A stretch of 64,000 nt of DNA from Myxococcota bacterium (GTDB lineage Bacteria; Myxococcota_A; UBA9160; UBA6930): positions 672,001 to 736,000 of the forward strand of contig OZ245015.1 of assembly GCA_965223705.1 (NCBI GenBank). Reading direction: 5' to 3'. The notes under the pieces were generated by a model that worked only from the letters and a program-made list of their open reading frames with translations, ran no database searches and was not told the DNA's origin. Made by a program: the position numbers and the translations under genes. Positions 32,611 to 44,031 of the stretch are shown piece after piece; within the stretch, counting starts at the first letter, position 1; each line of letters opens with the position of its first letter.

Positions 32611-33495
32611 ATGGGGTCGTGCGCGATGTCCGCCGCAGCCGATAACGCAAGGATTCGAAGTCACGACCCGATTCGGCGCACGGAGTCCTACGTCGGCTGC
32701 GCCGGCGAACGGCTGTTCTTGCGAAGCTGGGTCGGAGCGAGGCCCGCGCGCACGGTCGTCTTCCACCACGATCTAGCGGATCACAGCGGCCGCTACGATC
32801 GCTTTGCCATGTGGCTGGCCGAGCGTGAGACCGCGGTCTACGCGTTCGACGCCCGAGGTCACGGACTTTCCGGTGGTTCGCGCGGACACGTTACCTCCGC
32901 CGGCGATTGGATCTCCGACCTCGACGTGGTGTTGTCCGAAGTCGGCCTGCGAAGTCCGGCGGCTCCGATCTATTTGGCGGGACATGGGCTCGGAGCCCTC
33001 GTCGTGCTCGAGCGCTTGTTGCGCGGCCGCATCGCCGCCCACGGCGGCATCCTGATCGACGTACCGTACGAGGCGGATTGGCCCGTCGAGGCGAGACGCA
33101 CGGCTCGAGGTTGGAGTGTCGTGTGGCCGCGCAAGCGCTTCCACCTGGCGATCGATCCTCGCACGCGCTGCAGCGACGACGACGTCTTGCGTCGTTACCT
33201 CGAGGACGAGCGCATCGATCCGACGGTGAGCGCCCGATTCGCCGACGCGTGCACAGGTCTGCGAAAGCGCGCTTTCGCCGCGGCCGAGAACGCGGACAAG
33301 CCGCTACTCGTGCTGCGGGGCGACGGGGCGCTCATCGGCGGCGGCGAGCTGTCTGAAAGCTCGTGGGCGAACAGCTCCGCGGCGGTGGTTCGGCACTACC
33401 CGGGAATGCGGCACGAGGTGCTTCAGGAGCCCGGGCGAGAGCGGGTCTTCGCCGACATTCTCGCCTGGCTCGAGGAAAGGAAGAGCGGGATATGA
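32611..33495 (+). CDS. Lysophospholipase-like alpha/beta-fold protein with a degenerate active site
   Basis: DHSGRY, DARGHGLSGG.RGH, YPGMRHEVLQE; the nucleophile elbow reads GHGLG. Confidence 0.78.
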   Translation: MGSCAMSAAADNARIRSHDPIRRTESYVGCAGERLFLRSWVGARPARTVVFHHDLADHSGRYDRFAMWLAERETAVYAFDARGHGLSGGSRGHVTSAGDWISDLDVVLSEVGLRSPAAPIYLAGHGLGALVVLERLLRGRIAAHGGILIDVPYEADWPVEARRTARGWSVVWPRKRFHLAIDPRTRCSDDDVLRRYLEDERIDPTVSARFADACTGLRKRAFAAAENADKPLLVLRGDGALIGGGELSESSWANSSAAVVRHYPGMRHEVLQEPGRERVFADILAWLEERKSGI

Positions 33496-34010
33496 CGGAA
33501 CTGAGCCACCTGGACGCCGAGGGCCGAGCCCACATGGTGAACGTCGGGAGAAAACCCGTAACCCGACGGGTCTGCGTCGCTGCCGGGGAGGTTGAGATGA
33601 ACGTCGAGACGGTCCGCCGGATCGCCGAAGGCGACACCCCGAAAGGCGACGTGCTCGCCACGGCCCGCATCGCGGGGATCCAGGCGGCCAAGCGAACCGC
33701 GGAGTGGATCCCCCTCGCGCATCCGCTGCCTCTCGACGCGGTTCACATCGATCTGCGCCCCGAGGAGGTCGGAGGCGCCGGGTTCGTTCGGATCGAGGCA
33801 CGGGTGGAGGCCGAGGCCCGCACAGGCGTCGAGATGGAGGCCCTGGTGGCCGTCTCCGCGGCCGGCTTGACCATTTACGACATGTGCAAGGCCGTGGACC
33901 GGCGAATGTCCTTGAGCGCTGTGCGTCTCATCAGCAAGACCGGCGGTAAGAGTGGCACCTTCACACGCGAAGCAGGCGCCGAGCTAGACTCGGCGGGCCC
34001 TGAACGCTGA
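33492..34010 (+). CDS. moaC: Cyclic pyranopterin monophosphate synthase
   Basis: LSHLD..GRAHMVNV, KGDVLATARIAGIQAAK, TGVEMEAL, TIYDMCKAVD. Confidence 0.96.
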   Translation: MTELSHLDAEGRAHMVNVGRKPVTRRVCVAAGEVEMNVETVRRIAEGDTPKGDVLATARIAGIQAAKRTAEWIPLAHPLPLDAVHIDLRPEEVGGAGFVRIEARVEAEARTGVEMEALVAVSAAGLTIYDMCKAVDRRMSLSAVRLISKTGGKSGTFTREAGAELDSAGPER

Positions 34011-34040
34011 AACCGTTGCGGAACCGGCTACGTAGGGTCG

Positions 34041-34733
34041 GTGTCCTTTCCGAGCGTGACACTCCTTGCGACCACGCTCCAAGACCGAGGCGGAAAACTG
34101 GCCGACTTGCCTGCCGACGCCACTGTCGAAGAGATCGACCCCGATCTCGAGCTCGTCCGCCGCTGGCAAGCGGGCGACCTCGATGCTTTCTCGGATCTCG
34201 TCAAACGGCACGAGCAGCGGGTCTTCCGCCTGCTTCTCCGAATGCTGGGTTCGCGAGAAGAAGCCGAAGACGTCGCCCAAGAGACCTTCCTGAACCTCCA
34301 CCGCCACGGGCACCGCTTCCGCAGCGAGTCGCGTTTTTCCACGTTCGTCTACCGGGTCGCCGTCAACGCGGCGCTCAACCGCCGGCGAAGCCTCGGTCGA
34401 AAGCGGGCGCGGATGGAAGCGCTGGCCGAGCGCCAGGCCGCCGGAGACCATCTTCCCCAAGCACCGCGCGGACCCGAGGAAGCGGCCGGAGGCGGCGAGA
34501 TCCAGGTGCGCGTCCAGGACGCGATCACGAAGTTGCCGCCGAACCTGAGGGCGCCCCTCGTGCTGTATGACATCGAAGGTCAGCCCTACGCGGAGATCGC
34601 CAAGAGCCTGGGGGTCGCCGAAGGGACCGTGAAATCGAGAATCCACCGCGCTCGCGCTGCGCTGCGCGGCTTGTTGGGGGATCTCGCCCCCGGCCGAAAC
34701 GCCGATAGCGTGGCACACTCCGGAGAAAGCTGA
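34041..34733 (+). CDS. ECF RNA polymerase sigma factor
   Basis: AEDVAQETF, FSTFVYRVAVN (region 2); YAEIAKSLGVAEGTVKSRIHRAR (region 4). Start uncertain. Confidence 0.92.
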   Translation: MSFPSVTLLATTLQDRGGKLADLPADATVEEIDPDLELVRRWQAGDLDAFSDLVKRHEQRVFRLLLRMLGSREEAEDVAQETFLNLHRHGHRFRSESRFSTFVYRVAVNAALNRRRSLGRKRARMEALAERQAAGDHLPQAPRGPEEAAGGGEIQVRVQDAITKLPPNLRAPLVLYDIEGQPYAEIAKSLGVAEGTVKSRIHRARAALRGLLGDLAPGRNADSVAHSGES

Positions 34734-34736
34734 GCG

Positions 34737-35729
34737 ATGAACGAGACACTGAACTCCACCGATCTGTCGAGCCGCGTCGACGAGCTGAGCGCCTATCTAG
34801 AAGGCGATCTCAACCCGGGACGCGCCGCCGAACTCGAGCGAGAGCTCGAATCCAACGATGCGCTTCGAGACGAATTGACGGCGCTCAGGAGCCTGCGGCT
34901 AACGCTCCGGGAACTACCGGATCCCGAGGTGCCCTTCGGTCTTTCGACGCGGGTGATGGCGCGGGTGCGGGACGGCGAAGCGAACCCCGGTTGGTTTCAG
35001 TCCATGCGTTCGTGGTTCGGGGGCTCCGGTTTTTCTTCGCTGGGAACCGCGGCGTGCGGCTTTGCCGCCGCGGCGTTCCTTTTCGGTACGGACGCCGGAC
35101 AAGGGCTCCTCGGCAACACCGGCCCGGGTCTCACAGGGGCGCCGTCTCAACTACTGGATAGCGCCGAAGCCCCGCCTCGCCTCAAGCAGGGGTTCATCCC
35201 CGAAGTGGATCGAATTGATACCGTGTCTCGTCCCGGTTCGGGCAGCCTGACGCGGGCGCCGCGCATCGCGGATCCGGCGACGACGGCGCGCCCGCCCCAG
35301 TCGGCACCGCCGCTCCGTGCGGAGCGCGCCGCGAGCGACACGGCGCAGCGCGAGGTGTTTGCGGTGGTGCGGCCTCCCGAGCCGGTGGCAGAAGTCGAAC
35401 GCGTCGATGCGCAGGCCGCGGCGACGGTCGAAACCCGCGACCGACTCGATTTCCGAAGCTGCCTCGTCGCGAACCCGGTCGGAGACCCGGCCTGCGACAA
35501 GACCTATCAGCACTGGGTCGATCTCGCACAAAACAATCGCACAGCGTTTCAGCGAGAAATGGAGACGGTTCCCGGACCGGTTCGCGATGTCTGGCTCCAG
35601 CAGCTCGCCTCGTTTGCGCGGCGCAGCGGCCAGGTCTTCGCCGTCGCGCCGGCACCGCGCGTCGAAACGGGCCCGGGGCGATCCTTCCCGCCGCCGAGCG
35701 CTCTCGGGTTCGGTCCCAACTCGCGCTAG
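34737..35729 (+). CDS. Putative anti-sigma factor
   Basis: ELSAYLEGDL N-terminal anti-sigma-like helix, a single TM-like segment, 3 bp downstream of the ECF sigma. Confidence 0.72.
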   Translation: MNETLNSTDLSSRVDELSAYLEGDLNPGRAAELERELESNDALRDELTALRSLRLTLRELPDPEVPFGLSTRVMARVRDGEANPGWFQSMRSWFGGSGFSSLGTAACGFAAAAFLFGTDAGQGLLGNTGPGLTGAPSQLLDSAEAPPRLKQGFIPEVDRIDTVSRPGSGSLTRAPRIADPATTARPPQSAPPLRAERAASDTAQREVFAVVRPPEPVAEVERVDAQAAATVETRDRLDFRSCLVANPVGDPACDKTYQHWVDLAQNNRTAFQREMETVPGPVRDVWLQQLASFARRSGQVFAVAPAPRVETGPGRSFPPPSALGFGPNSR

Positions 35730-35769
35730 CTCATCCGCTTCTCACCCGCCGGTCCCGTCTTGAGGTCGC

Positions 35770-36474
35770 ATGGCCGAAAGACTCGTCCGCGATGCGGACA
35801 GAACGAATGGGCCGCGAGAGCGTCTTGCGGCTCTCGGGACCACTTCCCTTTCCGACGCTGAACTCCTGGCGGTGCTCCTGGGGAGCGGGAGCGCTGCGGC
35901 CAGCGCCGGGACCCTCGCAGCGCAACTCCTCGAGCGGTTCAGGGGGCTCCGGGGCGTCGGCTCGGCGCGCGAAGCGGAGTTGCAAACACTTCCCGGTGTC
36001 GGGTTGGCAAAAGCGGCGACCATCGCGGCGGCGTTCGAGGTGGGTCGGCGCGTCGCCGGAGAAACGTTGCCCGCCGGAACCCCGGTCACGGAACCGGAGC
36101 GCGTTTATCGCGCCTTCCACGCACGCGTCCGCGACGCTCGGCAAGAATCCTTTTGGACGTTGCTCCTCGATGGCCGCCACCGGCTCAAACGGGAGGTCGC
36201 CGTCACACGGGGGACCCTGACGGCCAGTCTCGTTCATCCGCGGGAAGTCTTTGGTCCCGCGGTTCGAGAATCCGCGGCAGCGGTGATCCTGGTGCACAAT
36301 CATCCGAGCGGCGATCCGCGACCGAGCCGGGAGGACATTGCGATCACGCGCCGGCTCGCGCGGGCGGGGCAGCTACTCGGAATTCCCGTCTTGGACCACG
36401 TCGTGGTCGCCGAGCGCGGGTGGGTGAGTCTGAACGAGTTCGGGGCCCTCCGGGGAGTCGGAGATCGCTCATGA
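35770..36474 (+). CDS. radC: RadC/JAB-domain protein
   Basis: PRERL, LSDAELLA, VHPREVF, HNHPSGDP.PS.ED, LDHVVV. Confidence 0.93.
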   Translation: MAERLVRDADRTNGPRERLAALGTTSLSDAELLAVLLGSGSAAASAGTLAAQLLERFRGLRGVGSAREAELQTLPGVGLAKAATIAAAFEVGRRVAGETLPAGTPVTEPERVYRAFHARVRDARQESFWTLLLDGRHRLKREVAVTRGTLTASLVHPREVFGPAVRESAAAVILVHNHPSGDPRPSREDIAITRRLARAGQLLGIPVLDHVVVAERGWVSLNEFGALRGVGDRS

Positions 36475-36872
36475 GCGATTCGAGGACCGCCGATAGCGAC
36501 CCTGTGAGCCAGGATCGCATCGACACGCCTCCCCTTGAAACGCAGGACGACCGCCGTCGCGCCGACCGGGCCGACCTCGCCGTGCGGGTCGAATACGAAA
36601 CCGTCGATGCGCTCTTCAGCGACTTTACGCGCAACGTGAATGAGGGCGGGCTGTTTATCGAGACCGACCAACCCGCGCCCCTCGATTCGACGATCGCTCT
36701 GCACTTCTGCCTGCCGGGGAGCGACGTGCCCATCAAGGCCAGCGGTCGCGTTGTCCGCTTGTCGGTTCCGCCCGAACCGGCGGGCATGGCGGTGATGTTC
36801 GAGGAACTCGACGCGGAAGCTCGCGAACAGATCAATGCGCTCGTTCGAGAGCTTCGCTCTCGACCCGCCTAG
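36471..36872 (+). CDS. PilZ-domain protein (TIGR02266-like)
   Basis: RRRADR (RxxxR) and NVNEGGLF motifs. Confidence 0.85.
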   Translation: MSDSRTADSDPVSQDRIDTPPLETQDDRRRADRADLAVRVEYETVDALFSDFTRNVNEGGLFIETDQPAPLDSTIALHFCLPGSDVPIKASGRVVRLSVPPEPAGMAVMFEELDAEAREQINALVRELRSRPA

Positions 36873-36878
36873 CCCCGA

Positions 36879-37310
36879 CTAGAACGGAATGTCGTCCCCG
36901 GACGGCGGAGGCGGCTCGCCGCCCCCGGACATGCCACCGCGGCCGCCGTCATCGGGCATGCCACCGCCACCACTACCGCCGCGGCCGCCCAAGAACTGGA
37001 CCGTTTGAGCCACGATCTCTGTGGTGTTGCGCTTCTGGCCCTCGCGGTCTTCCCACTCGCGGCTCTGGATCCGGCCCTCGATATAGACCGAACGCCCTTT
37101 CGAGAGGTACTGCGCGCAGAGCTCGGCGGTCTTGCCCCACGCGACGATGCGATGCCACTCCGTGCGCTCTTCGCGCTGACCCTCTTTAGAATTCCAGCGA
37201 TCGGTGGTTGCCACCGAAAAATTCGCCACCGCCTGACCGTTCTGCGTGTAGCGCAACTCGGGATCGCGCCCGAGATTGCCGACCAAGATGACTTTGTTGA
37301 CGCTCGCCAT
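36879..37310 (-). CDS. ssb: Single-stranded DNA-binding protein
   Basis: [18 protein letters not shown]...DDIPF. Confidence 0.98.
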   Translation of the reverse strand: MASVNKVILVGNLGRDPELRYTQNGQAVANFSVATTDRWNSKEGQREERTEWHRIVAWGKTAELCAQYLSKGRSVYIEGRIQSREWEDREGQKRNTTEIVAQTVQFLGGRGGSGGGGMPDDGGRGGMSGGGEPPPPSGDDIPF

Positions 37311-37439
37311 GAGGGGAATTCTCCGTCGGTGGGGATCGGTTTCGCGATCATTCCGCGGGTCGCCGAGCGCGTCAACCGATAACGCGAAGAATAAACGATT
37401 CCTCGCTTCCGTCGGTGAACTCCCGGTAGCATCCGATGT

Positions 37440-38171
37440 GTGATCTACGCCATTCGCTACTTGCTGATCGGGGTCTACACGGTTTTCTGGGCCACCCTCG
37501 CAATGCTTGCCGCGGTGCTGGATCGAAGCGGTCGCGGCGTCATTTGGATCGTCGAGACCTGGATCCGCTGGATTTTTTCAACCTGCGGGATCCGGGTGGA
37601 GACCCACGGCCTCGAGCACGTCGATTCTTCAGGCTCCTACGTGGTGATGTGCAACCACCAGAGCGTGATCGACATCGGCGCCTTGGTTGTGTCGTTGCCT
37701 GTCACGTGGCGGTTCGTAGCGAAACGGGAACTCACCCGGGTGCCGTTTTTCGGTTGGGCGCTGCGTCTGTCGGATCACATCATCATCGACCGCGGCGATC
37801 GCGAGCGGGCGGTCGAGAGCCTTCGGCAAGCGGCTGAGCGGATCCGGGCGGGGATCAGCGTCGTCATTTTCCCCGAAGGCACGCGAAGCGAAGATGGAGA
37901 ACTTCGATCGTTCAAGAGCGGCGGCTTTCACTTGGCCCTCGAAGCCGGGGTGCCGATCCTTCCCGTGACGGTTTCCGGGAGCCAGCAGATCACGCCCAAG
38001 GGCTCCCTTCGCGTCGAGAGCGGCCTGGTGGCGACCCGCTTCGGTCCGCCGATTCCAACGGAAGGCCTCACAACGGCGGACCGCGCGGCGCTGAAAGATC
38101 GGGTTCGCGAAGCCATCCTCGCCGGTTTTGATTCGACGCTGCAAAACCCCAACAGTTTTCCCGGAAAGTGA
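37440..38171 (+). CDS. plsC: 1-acyl-sn-glycerol-3-phosphate acyltransferase
   Basis: NHQSVID, FVAKREL, FPEGTRS. Confidence 0.88.
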   Translation: MIYAIRYLLIGVYTVFWATLAMLAAVLDRSGRGVIWIVETWIRWIFSTCGIRVETHGLEHVDSSGSYVVMCNHQSVIDIGALVVSLPVTWRFVAKRELTRVPFFGWALRLSDHIIIDRGDRERAVESLRQAAERIRAGISVVIFPEGTRSEDGELRSFKSGGFHLALEAGVPILPVTVSGSQQITPKGSLRVESGLVATRFGPPIPTEGLTTADRAALKDRVREAILAGFDSTLQNPNSFPGK

Positions 38172-38245
38172 TAGAAACCCCTCCCTTGGCGCTTTCTCCG
38201 ACCCGCCGGTAAGTTCAGCCGCTTCGTCTCGCGGGGTGAGAGGCG

Positions 38246-40687
<2,442 letters not shown>

Positions 40688-40721
40688 CGAATCTTCGGAA
40701 TCCGCCTGCGTCGGAGAGTGC

Positions 40722-41435
40722 ATGCCCGCAAGAACCCGCGCCACTTCGCTCGCGGCCGCGTTGCTCGTCGGCCTGCTCCTCGGCATCGGTGCCCAGGGCG
40801 GCGGCGAGACGGATCGGGAGCACCCCGCACGCAACGGTTCGGGCTGCGCAGAATCGCTGTCGGTACGCGTCCAGGCGTACTACGACCGGATTCGCGGGCT
40901 CCGCGCAGATTTCGAACAAGTGAGCCGCAGCGTGGCGCTCGGCGCCGGAGAGGCCGCGACCCAATCCTCGAGGGGCAACGTCACGCTCGCCAAACCCGGG
41001 AGAATGCGGTGGGAATACACCGGGCCCGAGCCGAGTCTCGTCGTCAGCGACGGAACCACGTTGTGGATCTACGATCCGGAAGCCTCGGAAGTCCAGGTTC
41101 TTCCGATGACGGGAGACAGCCTGAGCGGGGCGGGACTTCAATTCCTCTTCGGCGAGGGCAAGCTCACGGACGCGTTTCAGATTGCGGCCCGGCGTTGCGA
41201 TACGGATCGGCCGGAGCTTGTACTGACGCCCAAGGACGAAGCGCTCTTCGAAAGGATCATCCTCGAGGTCGATCCCGAAACCGGAGTGGCCCGCGGGACC
41301 GAGATTCGAGACCTCTTCGGAAACCGCACGGAGCTCGTGCTTCACGACATCGAGACCGACGGCGACTTCGACGACGGAATGTTTCGGTTCGAGCCGCCCG
41401 AGGGCACCCGAGTCCACCGACTCGAAGGGCCGTAG
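40722..41435 (+). CDS. lolA: Outer-membrane lipoprotein carrier LolA
   Basis: ADFEQ, KPGRMRWEY, VSDGTTLWIYDP, FRFEPPEG; follows ftsK. Confidence 0.88.
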   Translation: MPARTRATSLAAALLVGLLLGIGAQGGGETDREHPARNGSGCAESLSVRVQAYYDRIRGLRADFEQVSRSVALGAGEAATQSSRGNVTLAKPGRMRWEYTGPEPSLVVSDGTTLWIYDPEASEVQVLPMTGDSLSGAGLQFLFGEGKLTDAFQIAARRCDTDRPELVLTPKDEALFERIILEVDPETGVARGTEIRDLFGNRTELVLHDIETDGDFDDGMFRFEPPEGTRVHRLEGP

Positions 41436-41694
41436 GCCGACGCCTTTGCGCGCCCATTAAAGGGAACACCGCTTCCGGGATTGCGGTGGAACCGCGTACT
41501 CCACCCGAGAAAAGCGTCAAAATCGTGTCACGGCGTCGGCAGACTTGCATCTCGAAACGGCATGCGCGGCGCAATTGACGGTCCAACCCGGCGCTTTTTC
41601 AGGAAAGCGATTCCCCGCGCAGGGGCGCGGTGCGAAATCATCAAAAAGTGTTTTATTTTCGAATAGTTAGCTTGCCCGCGGGGGCCCCGTCCGG

Positions 41695-41722
41695 TTGACA
41701 GCCGGGGGGCGTCTGATATTCT
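41695..41722 (+). promoter_or_regulatory. Candidate sigma-70 promoter
   Basis: TTGACA (41695)-16 bp-TATTCT with an extended TG, in an AT-rich intergenic patch. Confidence 0.55.
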
Positions 41723-42043
41723 TAGTTTCCTAAAAGTAGAGAAAAAACAAGCACTTGCGAGTTTTTTCTCGTGTCCGGGCACCCGACGGAGAGGGTAGGA
41801 CGTCGGAAGCGGCGAAGGAGGCGCGCAACGAGAGCCGCTTCGCGACCCGCTTTTGGCTCCTTTTGTCGAGAAATGGCCGGGTGTCGAAGGGAATTGTTTG
41901 TTAGACCGCCCGAACCAAGCCTGGATGGTCGGAAAACGGCACGCAACGGCCTCCGAAAGCCCGCGCGGTCGGTGCACTCTTGGTGAGGGTTATTTCGTCC
42001 GGTTGGAGCCGGCAGCCATAGAGCCCACCCTCTTCCGCTCACG

Positions 42044-42059
42044 CGGCACGGGCTTTGCA
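42044..42059 (+). promoter_or_regulatory. Candidate sigma-54 (-24/-12) promoter of the proteasome operon
   Basis: CGGCACGGGCTTTGCA versus consensus TGGCACG-N4-TTGCW, exact GG-N10-GC spacing, about 60 bp before the arc ATG. Confidence 0.65.
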
Positions 42060-42117
42060 CTAGTGGGCTGCGGGAAACTCGTCCCAGGTGGCGGGTTCGA
42101 AAAGGGGAGAGGGCGCG

Positions 42118-43977
42118 ATGAGCGAGTTCGATTCGGATTCTTCAGACGGACGAGGAGGCCCCTCGGGCCGGAGATTTGGGCGCGGCGATCGCCGTCCCGT
42201 CCCGGTATCTCCCCGCGGCGAGCGGGGGGGCGACGGGGAGCGTGAGCGAGCCATGGCCCGGTCTTTCCAAGAAGAAATTGAAGACCTCCGGGAAGCGATG
42301 CGCTTCTTCGGGGGCGATTCAGTGGAGTTTCGCCGCCGCTTAGACCGCGTGCTGGCCGAGCACGAGGCGCTGCGCCGTCGCTTCCACGTGTCTCGCGAAC
42401 AGCTGACCGACGCCGAGCGGCAGAACGAGAAGCTCGTGCACACGTTGCAGGAAGCGAAGCAGCAGATCGAGCTGCTGAAAGAGGAAGTCGACAAGCTCTG
42501 CGCGCCGCCGAACACTTACGGCGTCTACCAGCGCTCGAACAAGAACGGAACGGTTGAAATCGTCGTGGACGGGCGCCACATGCGCGTCAATGCCCATCCC
42601 GATCTCGATGTCTCGACGCTCGAAGAGGGCCAACTGGTCGTCCTGAACGAAGCGTTCAACGTCGTCGAGTCGTCGGGCTTCACGCAACGCGGTGAGATCG
42701 CGGCGGTTGTCGAGTTGCTCGGCGACGGTCGGGCGATTGTCCTCGGGCACACGGACGACGAACGCGTCGTGACCCTCGCGTCACCTCTGCGAGCCGGCAA
42801 GTTGAAGGCCGGGGACAACATCCTGTTCGACCCGCGCACGCAGTACGCGTTCGAGAAGATGCCGAAGTCCGCGGCCGAAGAAGTCGCGCTGGAAGAGATT
42901 CCGGACGTGACGTATTCGAACATCGGCGGACTCGACGAGCAGGTCGAGATCCTGCGCGACGCGATCGAGCTTCCCTACATGCACCCGGAAGTGTTCCTCG
43001 AGCACAAGCTGTCGCCTCCGAAGGGCATCCTGCTCTACGGCCCTCCGGGCTGCGGCAAGACGCTCATCGCAAAGGCCGTCGCGAACAGTCTCGCGAAGAG
43101 CATCGAGAAGCGTACAGGGCGGGCCACGCCGGCTTACTTCCTCAACGTGAAGGGCCCGGAGCTTCTGAACAAGTACGTCGGCGAGACCGAGCACAAGATT
43201 CGCGAGGTCTTCCGACGCGCCCGCGAGAAAGCGAACGAAGACGTCCCGGTCGTGATCTTCTTCGACGAGATGGATTCGCTCTTCCGCATGCGCGGTTCGG
43301 GCATCTCCTCCGATATGGAGGCGACGGTTGTCGCACAGTTCCTGTCGGAGATCGACGGCGTCGAATCGCTGAAGAACGTGATCGTGATCGGCGCGAGCAA
43401 CAGGCAGGATCTCATCGATCCGGCGGTGCTCCGCCCGGGACGCCTCGACCTGAAGGTCAAGGTCAATCGCCCGGACGAAGCTGCCGCGCGCGACATCTTC
43501 TCGAAGTACCTGACGACGGATCTTCCGTTCCACGCGGATGCGGAGCGCCACTACGGCAGCGATCCGGCGAAGATCGTCGACGGCATGCTCGCCGAGGTCA
43601 TCGAGGGCATGTACTCGACCGGAGAAGAGAACAAGTTCCTCGAGGTGACCTACGCCAAGGGCGAGCGTGAGATCTTCTACTTCAAGGATTTCTCGAGCGG
43701 CGCAATGATCGAAAACATCGTGGCGCGCGCCAAGAAGAAGGCCGTGAAGCGGGCGATCGACCACGACGAGCGTGGTATCAAGGCCGACGATCTCCACGAA
43801 GCGGTGCGGGAAGAGTTCAAAGAGAACGAAGATCTTCCGAACACCACCAACCCCGACGATTGGGCGCGGATCTCCGGACGCAAGGGCGAGCGCATCATCA
43901 ACGTGCGCACGCTCATCACCGGGATCAGCCGCAAAGAGCGCTCGATCGAGAACATCGAGTCGGGGCAATACGTCTAG
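42118..43977 (+). CDS. arc: Proteasome-associated AAA ATPase (ARC/Mpa)
   Basis: N-terminal coiled coil ending KLCAPP, OB-like region, GPPGCGKT, FLNVKGPELLNKYVGE, FFDEMDS, ENEDLPNTTNPDDWARISG, C-terminal GQYV. Alternative start 42253. Confidence 0.96.
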   Translation: MSEFDSDSSDGRGGPSGRRFGRGDRRPVPVSPRGERGGDGERERAMARSFQEEIEDLREAMRFFGGDSVEFRRRLDRVLAEHEALRRRFHVSREQLTDAERQNEKLVHTLQEAKQQIELLKEEVDKLCAPPNTYGVYQRSNKNGTVEIVVDGRHMRVNAHPDLDVSTLEEGQLVVLNEAFNVVESSGFTQRGEIAAVVELLGDGRAIVLGHTDDERVVTLASPLRAGKLKAGDNILFDPRTQYAFEKMPKSAAEEVALEEIPDVTYSNIGGLDEQVEILRDAIELPYMHPEVFLEHKLSPPKGILLYGPPGCGKTLIAKAVANSLAKSIEKRTGRATPAYFLNVKGPELLNKYVGETEHKIREVFRRAREKANEDVPVVIFFDEMDSLFRMRGSGISSDMEATVVAQFLSEIDGVESLKNVIVIGASNRQDLIDPAVLRPGRLDLKVKVNRPDEAAARDIFSKYLTTDLPFHADAERHYGSDPAKIVDGMLAEVIEGMYSTGEENKFLEVTYAKGEREIFYFKDFSSGAMIENIVARAKKKAVKRAIDHDERGIKADDLHEAVREEFKENEDLPNTTNPDDWARISGRKGERIINVRTLITGISRKERSIENIESGQYV

Positions 43978-43980
43978 GGC

Positions 43981-44002
43981 CCCGGCCCTCCGGAGGGCCG
44001 GG
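43981..44002 (+). terminator. Stem-loop between arc and dop
   Basis: CCCGGCCCTC-CG-GAGGGCCGGG perfect inverted repeat, with only a short CTTT after it. Confidence 0.5.
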
Positions 44003-44031
44003 AGCTTTGCAACCGCGATTGAGGAGCCTGG

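Noticed and set aside
35770..37310. radC plus ssb as a sign of a prophage or ICE
   Set aside because: Both are full-length chromosomal types in housekeeping context; no integrase or phage genes nearby.
41973..41989. NtrC-type site TGCACTCTTGGTG upstream of the sigma-54 motif
   Set aside because: Half-site spacing does not fit TGCAC-N7-GTGCA.
41436..42117. Small ORFs in the lolA-arc intergenic region
   Set aside because: Overlapping ORFs on both strands with no clear RBS or protein-like features; the region looks regulatory.
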